From: Epithemia pelagica
Lineage: Eukaryota; Protista; Bacillariophyta
Length of the DNA: 64,000 bases
Reading direction: 5' to 3'
Assembly: GCA_946965045.2 (NCBI GenBank)
Contig: OX337237.1
Span: forward strand, 1,054,001 to 1,118,000
Translations under genes and position numbers: made by a program
The notes under the pieces: model-generated
The model's input: the letters and a program-made list of their open reading frames with translations, nothing else
Databases searched by the model: none
What the model was told of the DNA's origin: nothing
Part shown: positions 23,730-35,562 of the stretch, one piece after another
Layout: every line of letters starts with the position of its first letter
How positions within the stretch are numbered: the first letter of the stretch is position 1

Positions 23730-25596
23730 TCAACGATGAGCGCGCCGGCGTCCATTGGAGGCCGCACCAGATCGACGACCACGATGTCTGTTAGCCGTAA
23801 ACATGGGATCCCATGCTGCACGAACAACAAAGGAACAACAAATATGAGCCAAATCACCACATCAATACTCGATCAACAAGCTATGAGGATTCAAATAAAC
23901 ACATACCTGGAAGCACTATTGGCGAGGTCTGCATTCCCTCCATGGATTTGGGGGAAAGATACTTCGGAGGCGCCACTACTTCAAAGACGTACTCGTCAAA
24001 CCAATTATTGTTCATCGTGTAGTAACCATTGTCACCCGAGTCCCCCCAAGAATTTTCCACACGCCATCGAGTCGGAGAGGTCATGTCCTTTGGCAAGGTT
24101 TTGATACAGCTCGAAGCACCTGTCTTCTTCGATTCCTGTTCCTCCGATCCGATCACATCCAGGCCGACTCCGGTAAACAACATAACATGAGTCCCCATGG
24201 GAGAACCATATCGAATTCGATCGGCCTTGGTCATTTTCATCGAGGGAGGAGGAATGTTGTAAAACGCATTCATTTCATACAAGTTTTCGTCCCATAGACC
24301 ATGATAGTCGTCCATTTCTTCGTCCACGTTACATGCAAACCACACTGGAAGTTTATCTTTCATCATGGCAATGGACATGTGCTTGATTTCACACATGGGG
24401 AGATTCAAAAACACTACTGGATCGCCTCCACAAATAGGCATGGCGTACTTGGGTTGATACCGTCGATAATACTCATGACGAGGATCATGAATGATGCTGA
24501 TATAGTCTTGATAGGGAACCGTAACATAATTCCGGGCAAAGTCATGGGGAGAATAGTTCTGTAACTGATGCAAGGTGCCATCGGTATCACGCCATTGCCA
24601 GTCGAATCCAGTCTTCTTATCGTCCTTATCGCTAGAAGGGCTACAAGACGGTGGCGTTCCCATATGAATGGTCAAAACACGATGACATTGCGCTACGCAC
24701 TTCCACTTGACTTGACGGGCTTCTTCAACAGTGGCTCCGGAATGCATCATGGTTCGCATAACAAAGGCAGTTTTGGTCAACAGATTGTTGATGAAATCGT
24801 CTACTTCTTCGGTATAGGAGCTGCTGAAGGACTCTGGATACACTTGTTTAGGCACCAGTCCATACTTGTTGATAAGAGTGACGGCGATGCTCCAGTCACC
24901 ACCATCATCAATGGGCCATCCAAGAAACGAAGAGACCAACCGGTCATCGAGAGGGCGGTCAACGGTTTCAATGATGAACTCCAAAAAGAAATTGGCCTGT
25001 TCCAACAGATGGTAAAACAAGAGGTAGCTTTCACTGAATTCAAAGTTGCCCAGTTTGAGAATATCGCGCGTCCCAAATCGAAAGAGGTTGAGTGTTCCAA
25101 ACATCCAACAACGACCAGAGTACTTTTGATCAGTGGCTGGCATGCCTCCATGGTCCAAGTTAATCGAAAAGTAGGGAGACAAACTCGTTTGAATCAAGTC
25201 TCGACGTAGGGTCAAATCGTACATGGAACACGAACTGGCTGCATTTTGGGCTACATAACCAGACGGATCCTTTACAAAGTCTTGTTCCAATTGCGCCAAA
25301 CGAGCTTGATCGATGGTGCGACCGTCCTGGTCTTGATGGATACTTTTGAATCTGCCTGGACCGTTTCGAAGTTCAGCTTTCTCCAGATGACTGGAGATGA
25401 CTTTCTGTTGCAAGGAATTTGTCTCTCCGTCATTCATCGAGTGATGATGTGCGACCAATTCCCATGGTTCTTCCTCGACTTTGTCGATTGTATTTTTGCG
25501 CATCGTCTCAGGATCTCCTTCATTGCACGTCTGCACACCAACACTTGTTGCTGAAGATGAAGATTTTGATTCATTGATCGTCTTGTGGATACGCAT
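23730..25596 (-). CDS. BLMH: Bleomycin hydrolase / aminopeptidase C, peptidase family C1B (intron 23816-23906)
   Basis: Catalytic motifs QKYSGRCW (Cys), THVMLFTG (His) and WRVENSWG (Asn). Splicing CCAG|gtatgt...tgcag|CATGG restores the family C-terminal LPAWDPM. Confidence 0.95.
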
Positions 25597-26255
25597 TTGT
25601 TCTTCCAGCTTTTCTGGCTGTTCGGTGCAGTGTGAGTTAGTGGTCTGAAGTTGAATAGAATCGACATGTTCAACTGGAACCTACCGAAAGAACGACAGAA
25701 GCATCAGGGACGTCTGGCGTTGAGGTCCTCTTGCGGGCGCTAATTTGGCTTCGTGCCATCTTTGTTACTCCTATGATTTTGCTTGCCTTCTTGTGGTTAT
25801 TGCTTCTTGGGTTTGCTTCACATTCCCGGTTCCATCCCACAAGAATCCAATGCCAACATCAAAGATATTACACCCCATCAGTTAATTTGTTTCAACTACA
25901 CCCTTCGTGGTTATTGACGCGTTTCCATTTCGCGATCAGGAGTTTCCGAAAGACTATGATAGCTAATGACTATGTTAGCTACCATCGAGGAGTAGTCACT
26001 CCTATTGTCCCTTTTAGCGAACAAATGCATGGTTGAGGTAGAAGGAGCACTACCTACAAGGAGTAGAAAAGGTGCCCAAGTGTTACTCTACTCCTATGAG
26101 AAATGGGCGGTATATATGTACTGACTATGCAAAGTGAATTCAAGAATGTACAATCTGAGTGGGTCCCCGTCAAAGTTTCAAGTAATGGTGGGCTGCCAAA
26201 TGGTCAAGTGAAAGTGCTTCTTTCTGTTACATGTTTGGTTTCAGATCACAGCCCG

Positions 26256-27795
26256 TTATGTCTCTTTTTTGGTTTCCTTGTAGTTGTAATGAAACATTGT
26301 GGGTAGGGAAGAAGTAGTGCATGAGGATTCCCCAACCGTCGGACCATTGGTTCTCCGTTCGGGTTGGTCCGAGCCTGTTTGATCCACAAAGGCCAATATA
26401 GCCTCATCGCTCACCAACGGAGCAAGAGGGGAACTAAAGTTTCTTCCCCAGTCTTCTTGATCTTCCGCAAGTTTTATTGCCGAAAGTGAGACATCCAAAC
26501 TGCTGCAGCTTTCATTGTCTGCGTGAGCTTGTAGATGCACACTGTTTCGATCCGACAACATTCTGGTGGTTCCAGAGGATGCATGCCTGGTAATACCAGT
26601 TTCAAGCAAGTGATGGTTGTTGTTTGGTACGGATTCAGCATCGACGGCCCGCAAATGTTCGGCAACATGTTGTTGTTGTTGTTGTTGTTGTTGCTCCAAA
26701 GAATATCTGCCAATGCTGGTATCGGTTATGACAGCTGGTTCGCTCGTTGCGGCTACCTGCTTTGGTAAGAATGCGTTTGCATCGTATCCGAGGGAAGATA
26801 GAATCTCCTGATTGGTCAGCAGAGGTGCCGGTTTGGTGGAATTTTGTCCGTGTTCCATAGTATGATCGCTGTCACTGTCCCATAGATCCATGAGGACCGA
26901 AATATCCAAACTTCCGACACTTTCTGCTCCACTGAGTTTCTCGCCAGAGCGGATCTGGTCGTCATTATCATCTTCAATGTACGTAGCACACGATGAGGAG
27001 GACGAAGAGTGCGCACTGTTCAAACAGAATGTTCTGTCATTCGGGGGCTTGGCGACGTCTGGACCTTGGCCTCCAACTTCTAACGGAGTTGTGACAAGGC
27101 TTTTCGGTCGGTTTCTGGCGTCGTTATCAAGAACCGAGGAATCGCTCGATCTCGACAGCAGCGATTCCCGACGTTCGTTATCTGATGCCGACGATACTTC
27201 GGACTTGCATTGGTCCGTCATTTGATACCGAAGAGCCTACAAGAGATGAATCAAGGACGAGTTTGTTAGAGAAAGTTATCGAAGGTCGAAATTCCATTTG
27301 TTTCTCGCAGGAGACAACACTTACCTGTCCGATCTTTTTCCGTATTTGAAAGTTGTTGGCCAGGCACCATTGGATCCCATCATCCCCTGAAATGCCTCTG
27401 GCCCTGGGTGTTCGCTTGGAAACAGACACTTTGGCGGAACGAGCAGTCCTGCCCATGGGATGAAGAAAGCGTCCTCCCCATGCCTGAACAGCCCCAACAA
27501 TCTCAAAGACAATTCGTGATTTCACACTTCTCGAATCCGCTTCATGGTATCGTTGCGCATTTTGTCGGACGACGGTTTGGAAGCGCAGATTTCCCTCCCA
27601 TCGGACATTTCCTCTCCCCAATAACACATCGTCTGCTTGACGAGCAACCACAACTGTCTTTGGACTTTTGCTCGTAGGAAGAGAAAAGGTCGACTGGGTC
27701 AAGGAAGTCTCCTTCTCGGTGATGCAAGTTTCGCGGTTGGCCATGGGAGGAGCCAGCGATTGGGGAGCATCCTTAATTTTGTGGTTGTCCTCCAT
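26256..27795 (-). CDS. Second DUF6824-domain protein (intron 27236-27324)
   Basis: DDVLLGRGNVRWEGNLRFQTVV..Y..KSRIVFEIVGAVQAWGGRFL..W..KKIGQ|ALRY, then a long S/Q-rich tail. The start codon is uncertain. Confidence 0.8.
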
Positions 27796-28992
27796 AAGTA
27801 ACAAGTCAACCGTAGTCAAGTCAAAGTCGATATCGATGTCTCGTGTTTGAAGGAAGAAGGAAACATTCATTGGCGGATGTGTTCTTTGGTGGTTTCTCAA
27901 TTTATGAGTCTTCCAAGATGACGATGATGATGTTGGACCCAAAGAGGTGGCACCGTTGTGATCGTCACAACTCGGAGTTGTTTATGTGGACTATTCATCG
28001 GAGCATTCATCATCATCGAACATGTGGTGGAGCGAATAGCTTCTTTTTGTTCGTTTATCCATTTCACCGATCTTTTTATGATGTTGTTGTTGTTCTTTTT
28101 GGTTGCTGTGGTCCGGAAGATTCTTCTGACCATCGCAAAAAAGGGATTGGATGTGTGCCTGCCCCATATGTGCGACTGATCTGCCAGCTGGTCAGCTGGT
28201 AGAGAAGGAATGACTCGTGACTCGCATTCCTTTCCTTAAATGAATATGAATCCAAAAGAACGCGAATCCAGTAGAGAACGGAGCGCGGACATCACAGCGA
28301 TGTCTTGATTCTGGAGTCATAGTTTGCGATTTGCGAAAGAGCCTTTTGCCTTGTGCCCCTTTACTGCGAGAAGTAGGGCTCCCGAGTCCCGAGTCCCGTT
28401 CGGAACAATAATCCTCATCGCTACAAATTCAAAAAATATGAACGGCAAGGGGTAATCATAAGGTACATGTTTCTTGGGTGAATATGGTGCGCCTGGTAGT
28501 TCTTCGGCCAGGAGGACCTTAATTATGCCCCTACACTACAGTCTACAATATAGCTACTGGGCTCGAAACAACAAAGACCGAGTACCGAGTTTACTTCCGA
28601 TTTCATTTTTTCAAGTTTCCAGTGTGTATTCGGCTTCCGGCTGTTCCGGCATCTGATGCATGATAAGAAAACCTATCGACCTTCATGGATATTCCAATCA
28701 GTCTTCTTTTAGCATTAACGCCAATCGTAAAGAACAGGTTTTAAGCTTATGCGAGCAGCATATAGGTGTCTCCCATAAATTTTATCGGAGTCAACGTGCT
28801 GCTCGAATTGCTGTCTCCCTTATTAAAACAGTAAAGCAAGCTGTGTTAAGCAATGACGCCTGTGTCATTTTTTCCCTCATTCATTGCGTCCAAGGTCACT
28901 CATTCATGAATGATACCAAAGCAATCTATTGTTACTTCTATTCCTTACTCGTCTACTGGCCTTCCGTCAACACCGCCTCCCAACCGAAGATC

Positions 28993-29649
28993 ATGAATGG
29001 TAAGTGCGCGGATTATTTCATACAGGAATCCAACCCATCAAGTGTTTCTTGTTTCCATTCACCCCTCTAATCTTTTCTGTGCAAAAATGCAGGTCTCATT
29101 GAGTCGATCGAAGTTGCAGAGATGCATCTTGAACCTGAAGACAACAATCAAGCAAACACTGTTGTGATGGTCCCCTTCACTCTCCAGAAACCCCGAGTGC
29201 TAGTTACTGGAGAAAAGGGCAGTGTCATTGACGAGACCGCTGAAGCTACTGAGACTAGATATCTGCCCGAACAATACGCTTGTCCTGAAAGCATCAGTAC
29301 GATTCTCCTCGAACTCAACCACAATACGCCTCCCTCCCAAACTCACGGATACATGCATTGGGAGAGTGTTTGCGGAGTCTGTCAACAAAATCCCTGCGTT
29401 ATTGTCGACAATCTTCCTTACCTTCATGAAATAGCAATGCATATGAAGAAAAAAGGTGAATCGAATCGCAGTATTCGATATCAATTGTATCGCCGCTTGT
29501 CGAACAAGCTTCATGGCCCCCTTGGACGCGGCCACCGCGTACAACTTCCTGATTGTTTGGTTGATTTTGTTCGCGAAAACTTCCCCAACGAGAACCCAGA
29601 TGAACAGTACGTTGGCTTTCGCGAAGGTCCTATCAATCACGACGAGTAA
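28993..29649 (+). CDS. Small protein with a P2X7 C-terminal ballast-like Cys motif (intron 29000-29092)
   Basis: ATGAATG|gtaagt...ctaat...gcag|GTCTC is in frame with ORF 29122-29649. CGVCQQNPC followed by RYQLYRRLSNKLHGPLGRGHRVQLPDCLVDFVRENFP..YVGF. Confidence 0.7.
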
Positions 29650-29714
29650 TCAAGCACTAAGAGACTAGCGTCAAAGTGGGTAATATTCTCTTATTTAGAT
29701 TATTCAATTCTCTT

Positions 29715-32700
29715 CTAGAGTTCATGCATTTCTCTACTTTCGTCAGTACTTTCATAGTCACCATCATTGTTGTCATCGTCTTCTTCTGTATCATTCCGTC
29801 CGTGGTTCCTGCGCTTTCTTTTCCTTGTCCACTCTGGAGGCAAACCGTGTTTCTCGCGTAGATCCATTATGATTGGATGATTCTTCTTTGTTGTGTATTT
29901 GTATCGAGCTCCCGGAGATGACGCTGGTCGACACATGAACATTTCTCTTCCATTGGTCGAATGGAGAATCTCGAAGCATGTGAGATCGGTGAATTGAGGG
30001 AGTTGATGGATCTTCCATCCATCTTCTCTTTCGTCCTTGCATGATACCAAATGGGCAACAATCTCACACTTGGCACATTGACCCACGTTGGTAAAAATGC
30101 CTTTCATACCAAGCTCTTTGCGTTTCCAACGATATTCCAACAAACATATGGCGCATGCAACTCCTCTGTTACCTTCCAATGGGATGGGATAGTGCCCATC
30201 TTCACACGTTCGTTCCCTTGCTGCAGTAATCCTCCTTGCCAAAGCGTCTACTTCCTCTGTGTGGACGTAGCTGCACATTGCTTGTGCGACACAGGTGTAG
30301 AATGCATGCCGCGTGAGCTTCGTGCGTCGAGCTCGGACACGGTCTCCAGCGGACATGTTCCATCCGATGTAGGCATTTAGAAGCATAACATCCATTATGC
30401 CTAAACCAGTCTTCTTGTACCACTTTTTGAAATGCCCATGAGTGGCAAAACCGCCAAAATGTTGTCGCATCTGGTCCCCTTCATCTATCCCCCCCATTGT
30501 CTCTTGATACCGAATGAGAACTATAGGGCAATTGAATATCTCTTTGTTGGGTCCAACTTGTCGTTGTACCTGTCCTTTGCCATTATTTTTGTAACTCGAT
30601 GCAAAATTTACCACTTTCGAGTCCACCCATTGCCCAATGATGATTCAATTCACTTTGTCGTGTGCCAGGTGGATTGTTCCTCGGTTAGTTTTTGTCTTCT
30701 TTAGTTGCGTCAGTCTCTTGTTCCACCCAACTCTGTTTGAACGTACTGTGCCTGTCGCGAGGATTTTCAGACGATCACGAAGAATAACCAGTAATTGGGG
30801 CACTGCATATCTATTGTCCATTGCCAAATGACGGAATCCGTTGGTTTCCTTATGCAACTCCAACGCATAACATGCGTTTACCACAGCCTTCATCGTTGTA
30901 GGAAGTTTCTTGGCCTTCTCTCGTATATAAGAGTTGGTAGCATTTTTTCCTTGATATACGTCCAGATGGAGAATTGCGTAGGACCTGGAAGAAGCGAGAA
31001 TGAAGAACACGAAATTTTTGCGGCTTGTCCTTGTTGTACTGCCTAACAGGGCAGTACCGGGAGCGACAGCCAATTCCACCTTCATCAAATGCCAAATCTT
31101 GAGGAATCCAAAATGATCTCTTGGAAGCAGCGTTAACAGCTTGAATGAGTTTCCGAAGCTAGTAGCACTTGTCACCGCCCCTTGCAGCACCTTTGTTCTC
31201 AAAGTGAAAGGCTCCTCTTATCTGACGGAATCTGGCCAACCTCATGTATCTCGAAGCCCATCCTTCACTATCAAGAGTCTCTACAGAGGGAAGAGCAGTT
31301 CCCAGACTGTACATACGGTTTGAGGTCTGAAAATAAGAGGCATAGCCTCCACCATCAACTGGTCGGAGTGACATCATTAGGATGATTCCGAGGAACCTCG
31401 TCATTTCTTCTGCCGTGACATCCTTCCATTTTTGGGAATGATAATAACCTCGGCGCCCCATCAAACGCGGACGGATTTTCTGGTGAAAGTACTGATTAGT
31501 TGCGGCAGCCATATCGGAAATCAATGAATTCGACAATCCACCAATAACACGGAGACAATCTAGTGGAGTATGGAACTCATCCGCTACTCCAGCTTTCAGA
31601 CCGTCTTCTCCACGAAACATTGACCTGTTATGACGTTCCTTACCAATCCACGACAACATATTGTTAGACGCATCAACCTGTTTGTAATGAAAGTGCAAGT
31701 TGTCGATCAGTACTTTGAGATTTGTTGAATTGTTGGAGTCTTCGTCGTCCGAAACCGAGTCTGTTGATTCTCCATCATCTTCTTGTGTGTTGTCTTGGGC
31801 AGAATCATTGTCATCGCTTTGACAATAATCATCCAATGGATTCTGTGACCTTTGCACGGTATCGTTGAAGTCCAGCTCAAAACCACCGTCCGCATCTTCA
31901 TCTGAAGAAGATCCCTTGTCGTCAATGTCATTATTTGCTCTAGCGTCATTTTGCTGTTGTTGTTGTCGACGAGTGGTGACAGTAGGGATGGCAGCCATTT
32001 CTATGGAGTTGTTGTTTGGTTGAAGTTGTTGAGCCGCGGTATCAGTTGTCCCTGTCGAGTCTCCTGTATTGGAAGTACCAAAAAGACGTGTGGCAACTTG
32101 GTTGATTGGAGTGTGATTGTTATCTTCATCTCCAGTTGCTGCCTCAGAGTTATTCATTGCTGGAGAGGGTTCACCTCGTGGGGCAGTCATCAAAGTGGCT
32201 CGACCCTGTGCTCGCTCTTGAGTGGACGGTGGATTGGATCGTGTCCGACGATTGGAATGCCGCAAAGATGAATTGCTAGCATTCCTTAGGGCGTCTCTTC
32301 TTCGTGCTCGTTCTGTTGTTGGAGGAGGTGGTGGTGGTGCTCTTGCTGTGTTGCCGCGTCGAGGCGATCGTCGTAGTGCAGGTGACTGTGTGACGTTGTT
32401 GCTGCCACCATGAACCTCGGAAACTTGACTTTGTTGTTGTTGCTGTTGTGTTACAGATGGTTCACCATTTGGCCTGTATGCTTCAATGTACTGACGAAGC
32501 CTCTCTTTCACTGTTTTCGTTGATATGAACTGAGACTTGATCCAGTTCTGGGGGACTTGCATAGTACTAATCGTACCGTTGTCCCAGATAATGGAATAAG
32601 CATTGCCATTTTTCTTTGACGGGCACTCCATGATTTTTCCGACTACACGAACAGGATTGTCAGTTTCATTTGGACGAAAGCGCGGTAGAAAATCTTGGTA

Positions 32701-33174
32701 GAAGTTATCATGGATCCAAAATTCGTCTGGAGCAACAAGAAAGCGCTTGGCATACGAAAACCGCGATCGCTGGTGGTTGTTGCCAGGTGGACGTCGAGGA
32801 CGATCGTGTGTCTGTGTTGTTTTGGTAGCGACGACTCCCGGACGGGCAACGTTGGAACCCGATTCTGTTGCATGTTCGCGTGTTGCTGTTGTTGTAGTAG
32901 TTGTAGGTGCAACGTTGGTGGATGAATCCATTGCTTCTGAATTGCGGGGTGGAGGTGCGACAGTATTGTTGGCGATTGCTTCAAACGGTGGTGGTGGTTG
33001 GGGGGGAACACCAAAGGCTGCCTCTGTTGCTAAGGCATTGCCAACAGATTGTTCGGGAAGTTGGGCGGTATCTTCGGTGGCATGGTCAATATCTGGTTCG
33101 ATGAGCGGTTGCGACAAATTCGGTTGTCCTGACTCTTGGTCCTCGTTCTCCGCAGGTACAGCTGCAGACGACAT
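29715..33174 (-). pseudogene. piggyBac-superfamily (DDE_Tnp_1_7) transposase, inactivated
   Basis: FLGIILMMSL..Y..MRLARFRQIRGAFHF; AFDEG..CPVRQYNKDKPQKFRV; DVYQGK; MDNRY; ATGTVRSNR; W.DSKVVNFAS; Y..MGGID.GDQ; KKWYKK..LLNAYI; C-terminal Cys cluster. In-frame TAG at 31159-31161, frameshift near 31015, in-frame TGA at 30645-30647. Confidence 0.9.
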
Positions 33175-33473
33175 TGCCTTTGGTGGACGTCTTCTTCACT
33201 ATATTGACCGTCAAAATGGAGAATCCTGCAACGATCGGCCCAGATGATAGGAATATAGAATCATACAAAGTTGGGCCCTAGGCGCAGGATGATCGAAATG
33301 AACAGAAATGAGGAAAATCGCCCATTTTTCAAAGCAAAATATCACGCTATTGACTGTGTATTTACTGTAGACTATCATATATGAAGTTGTTCGGAATTCC
33401 AAGATCTTTCGAACAATGAAGTCAGATCTGCATGAAATTGAAGTTTCAGGAAGTTATACGAAGTGAAAGTTAA

Positions 33474-33525
33474 GGGAGTAGCGTATACGCTGCTCCCATA
33501 TATGGGAGTAGCGTATACGCTGCTC
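33474..33525. repeat. Compound palindrome: two copies of gggagtagcgtatacgctgctc(cc) joined by atatat (30-bp period)
   Basis: Read directly. Each unit, and the 52-nt whole, is self-complementary apart from G.T mismatches. Preceded by TTAA at 33470-33473. Confidence 0.9.
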
Positions 33526-33685
33526 GCTTACGATTGGCGTTAAGGAAAATGAATAATAGGGAGTTAAAATACTTGGAGGAGAGAAGAAGTTGTAGGTTGG
33601 AGACTATGGAGACTATGGGGACGATGAAGCAGAAGGTGTTCTTTGTTCTGACCTGCAGCCTACAACTGACTACTGACTATGAATA

Positions 33686-33902
33686 CCGACGGGATTTACT
33701 TTCTGCTGACAGCTGTTACTTGTTACTCCTACCGTCTAGTAGAGAGAAGCAACAAGCAACAACGGACAACAGACGGGATTGGTATTTGACACCATTGCCG
33801 ACTGCTGACAGCGACAGCCACCATCAGCTTGCTAGCCTACACACTACACATCGTAGACCGACGGGATTGGTTTGTGTTACGAGTTACGAACACTCTGCTG
33901 AT
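33686..33902. repeat. Three degenerate direct repeats ((c/a)gacgggatt...ctgctga), probable subterminal transposon repeats
   Basis: gacgggatt recurs near 33688, 33773 and 33859, each followed 12-35 nt later by ctgctga. Confidence 0.65.
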
Positions 33903-34208
33903 TGCTGGGACACCTATGAAATTTGTAGCCAAGGAACATTTTTGTTGTTGACGCTAATAGGCAACAATGCCTCTCGACGATAGGTTCAAGCGGTGAGGTC
34001 GACTAGCGATATACTAGAGGCATCGTCCTTATGATAGGTATCCTAGCAAAATGGCTTCATTAAATGAATACTTCTATCGACTCAATAGTGGTATCTACGA
34101 CATAATTATTGTGTCGCAGTTCTTTTTTGTGTCCGAAGAATGTATCGATACAGGAAAAGAATGTATCGATACATGTATCGATACATGTTCTGGGATGCCA
34201 CAAAGAAC

Positions 34209-34590
34209 ATGGATGACCTGGACGAACAACGCAAACCAATTGCCTTTGAGGACTTGCATTCGACTAGTCGGAAACTCATCCGTCGGGTTATCAAAGAGTA
34301 CAAGACGTACGTTCTCGAAGAAAAAGACGAAGATGCAGAGAAAGCCATGTGCTGCAACCCACTCCTGGCCAATATTTTTGAAGGACTCTTCAAAGATTTG
34401 GATGCCTATGACGACGACGATATCTCCCGTGTTAAGACGATGTTTGTGGAGGATATGGTTGCCAAGTTTTCGAACAAACAAGTTTCGCGCCTTGGTACAG
34501 TGTTTGCAAAACAGACTGGCAACAGTGGGGGAACAACAGACTCCACACCTACTACGAACTCGAGTGCGAAACCTAAGAAAAAATACACAG
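34209..34590 (+). pseudogene. Coding-like fragment between palindrome arrays 1 and 2
   Basis: MDDLDEQRKPIAFEDLHSTSRKLIRRVIKEYKTYVLEEKDED...KPKKKYTE is an open, protein-like acidic/helical sequence that runs into array 2. Confidence 0.5.
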
Positions 34591-34699
34591 AACTTGTATC
34601 GATACATGTATCGATACACTATCACTGTATCGCTTATGTATCGATACAATGTATCGATACAAGTTCTGTGTATCGATACATTATCCTATGCATCTGAAA

Positions 34700-35193
34700 G
34701 CACATCCCCTCATTCTCTTGGCCATGGCACATGTTACAGGACGAACGGCGATGAACTCTCCGGGCAAGCGATGCCTTCATGGAGTGGGGATGGTGGCTTG
34801 GGGCTGGCGATCTCTCTGGGCCCCTTGCTCTTGTAGACCTCACTTGAAATGTCCATCCGAAGCAAGTTTCGTGCTGGATGGACGTCAAAGGAAGGCTCCC
34901 CTCTGTCATTCTTCGTCTTCCTCGGCAACAACGACCGATCTCTTTCGTAGGCCTCCTGATCTCGCTTTGCCATCACTCGTAGCTAGGTTGATTGCTTCTT
35001 GTGATCAGCAAACCGTTCCCGGAACTGCTCCAACACAACATCTGCAATTGTTCTTCTGGTAGTACTCCAGGACGTCTTTTGCGCCCAGTTCGTCCAGCTC
35101 CTCCAGCATCCCACCTGGCTCGAGGTCTCGAAGAATGATGGCTCGAGCCTTGCTTTTCCTCCAATCAATCCAACCTGCTTTTCGGGGCGCCAT
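34700..35193 (-). pseudogene. Disrupted copy of a repetitive diatom orphan family (W..S.A..L..D motif)
   Basis: ATG 35193: MAPRKAGWIDWRKSKARAIILRDLE.., frameshift near 35050, in-frame TAG near 34983, then AKRDQEAYERDR..FDVHPARNLLRMDI. Truncated towards array 2. Confidence 0.55.
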
Positions 35194-35562
35194 TGTCACT
35201 TTGTTTGATTGTTCACTTCGTCATTACGTCGATGTATCGATACATGTATCGATACACTGATTCTGTATCGATACATGTATCGAAACACTGACTTTGTATC
35301 GGTAGTGTATCGATACATGTATCGATACACGAACAGTGTATCGATACATGTATCGATACAGAATCTGTGTATCGATACATGTATCGAAACATAAAGAATG
35401 TATCGATACAGAAAAAGAATGTATCGATACATTTTTACTATATTTTTTTAAGTACCTGCGACATTTTCTCGGACGTTTGACTTCCACCATTATAGTGTAC
35501 CTTATAAAATGTTTCTGTACTATTATGCTAGGTGAACAAAAATGAGATACCTAGTATAGACC

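Larger units (their letters stand above)
34141..35431. repeat. Three arrays of the 12-bp palindrome TGTATCGATACA (about 34141-34185, 34595-34680, 35233-35431)
   Basis: Hand count gives about 3, 5 and 10 perfect copies plus degenerate ones. Copies are mostly doublets separated by 7-nt variable spacers. Confidence 0.95.

Noticed and set aside
26650-26695. (GTT)n / (CAA)n tracts here and elsewhere
   Set aside because: Ordinary poly-Q/N/T coding microsatellites typical of diatom genes.
28390-28470. Possible left piggyBac end (gctacaaatt; atcataaggtac)
   Set aside because: Only 10-12 nt matches to the 35.6-kb terminus and no correctly placed TTAA-CCC; could be chance.
28660-29070. 136-aa ORF as a separate gene
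   Set aside because: It overlaps the 7-nt first exon and intron of the ballast-like gene and has no recognisable motifs.
34141-35431. CRISPR array interpretation of the TGTATCGATACA repeats
   Set aside because: The repeats are 12 bp, spacers are 0-9 nt, there are no cas genes, and the context is eukaryotic with introns.
34095-35545. ORFs with MYRY/CIDT/VSIH repeats
   Set aside because: These are translations of the palindromic DNA repeat, which leaves several frames open; they are not evidence of proteins.
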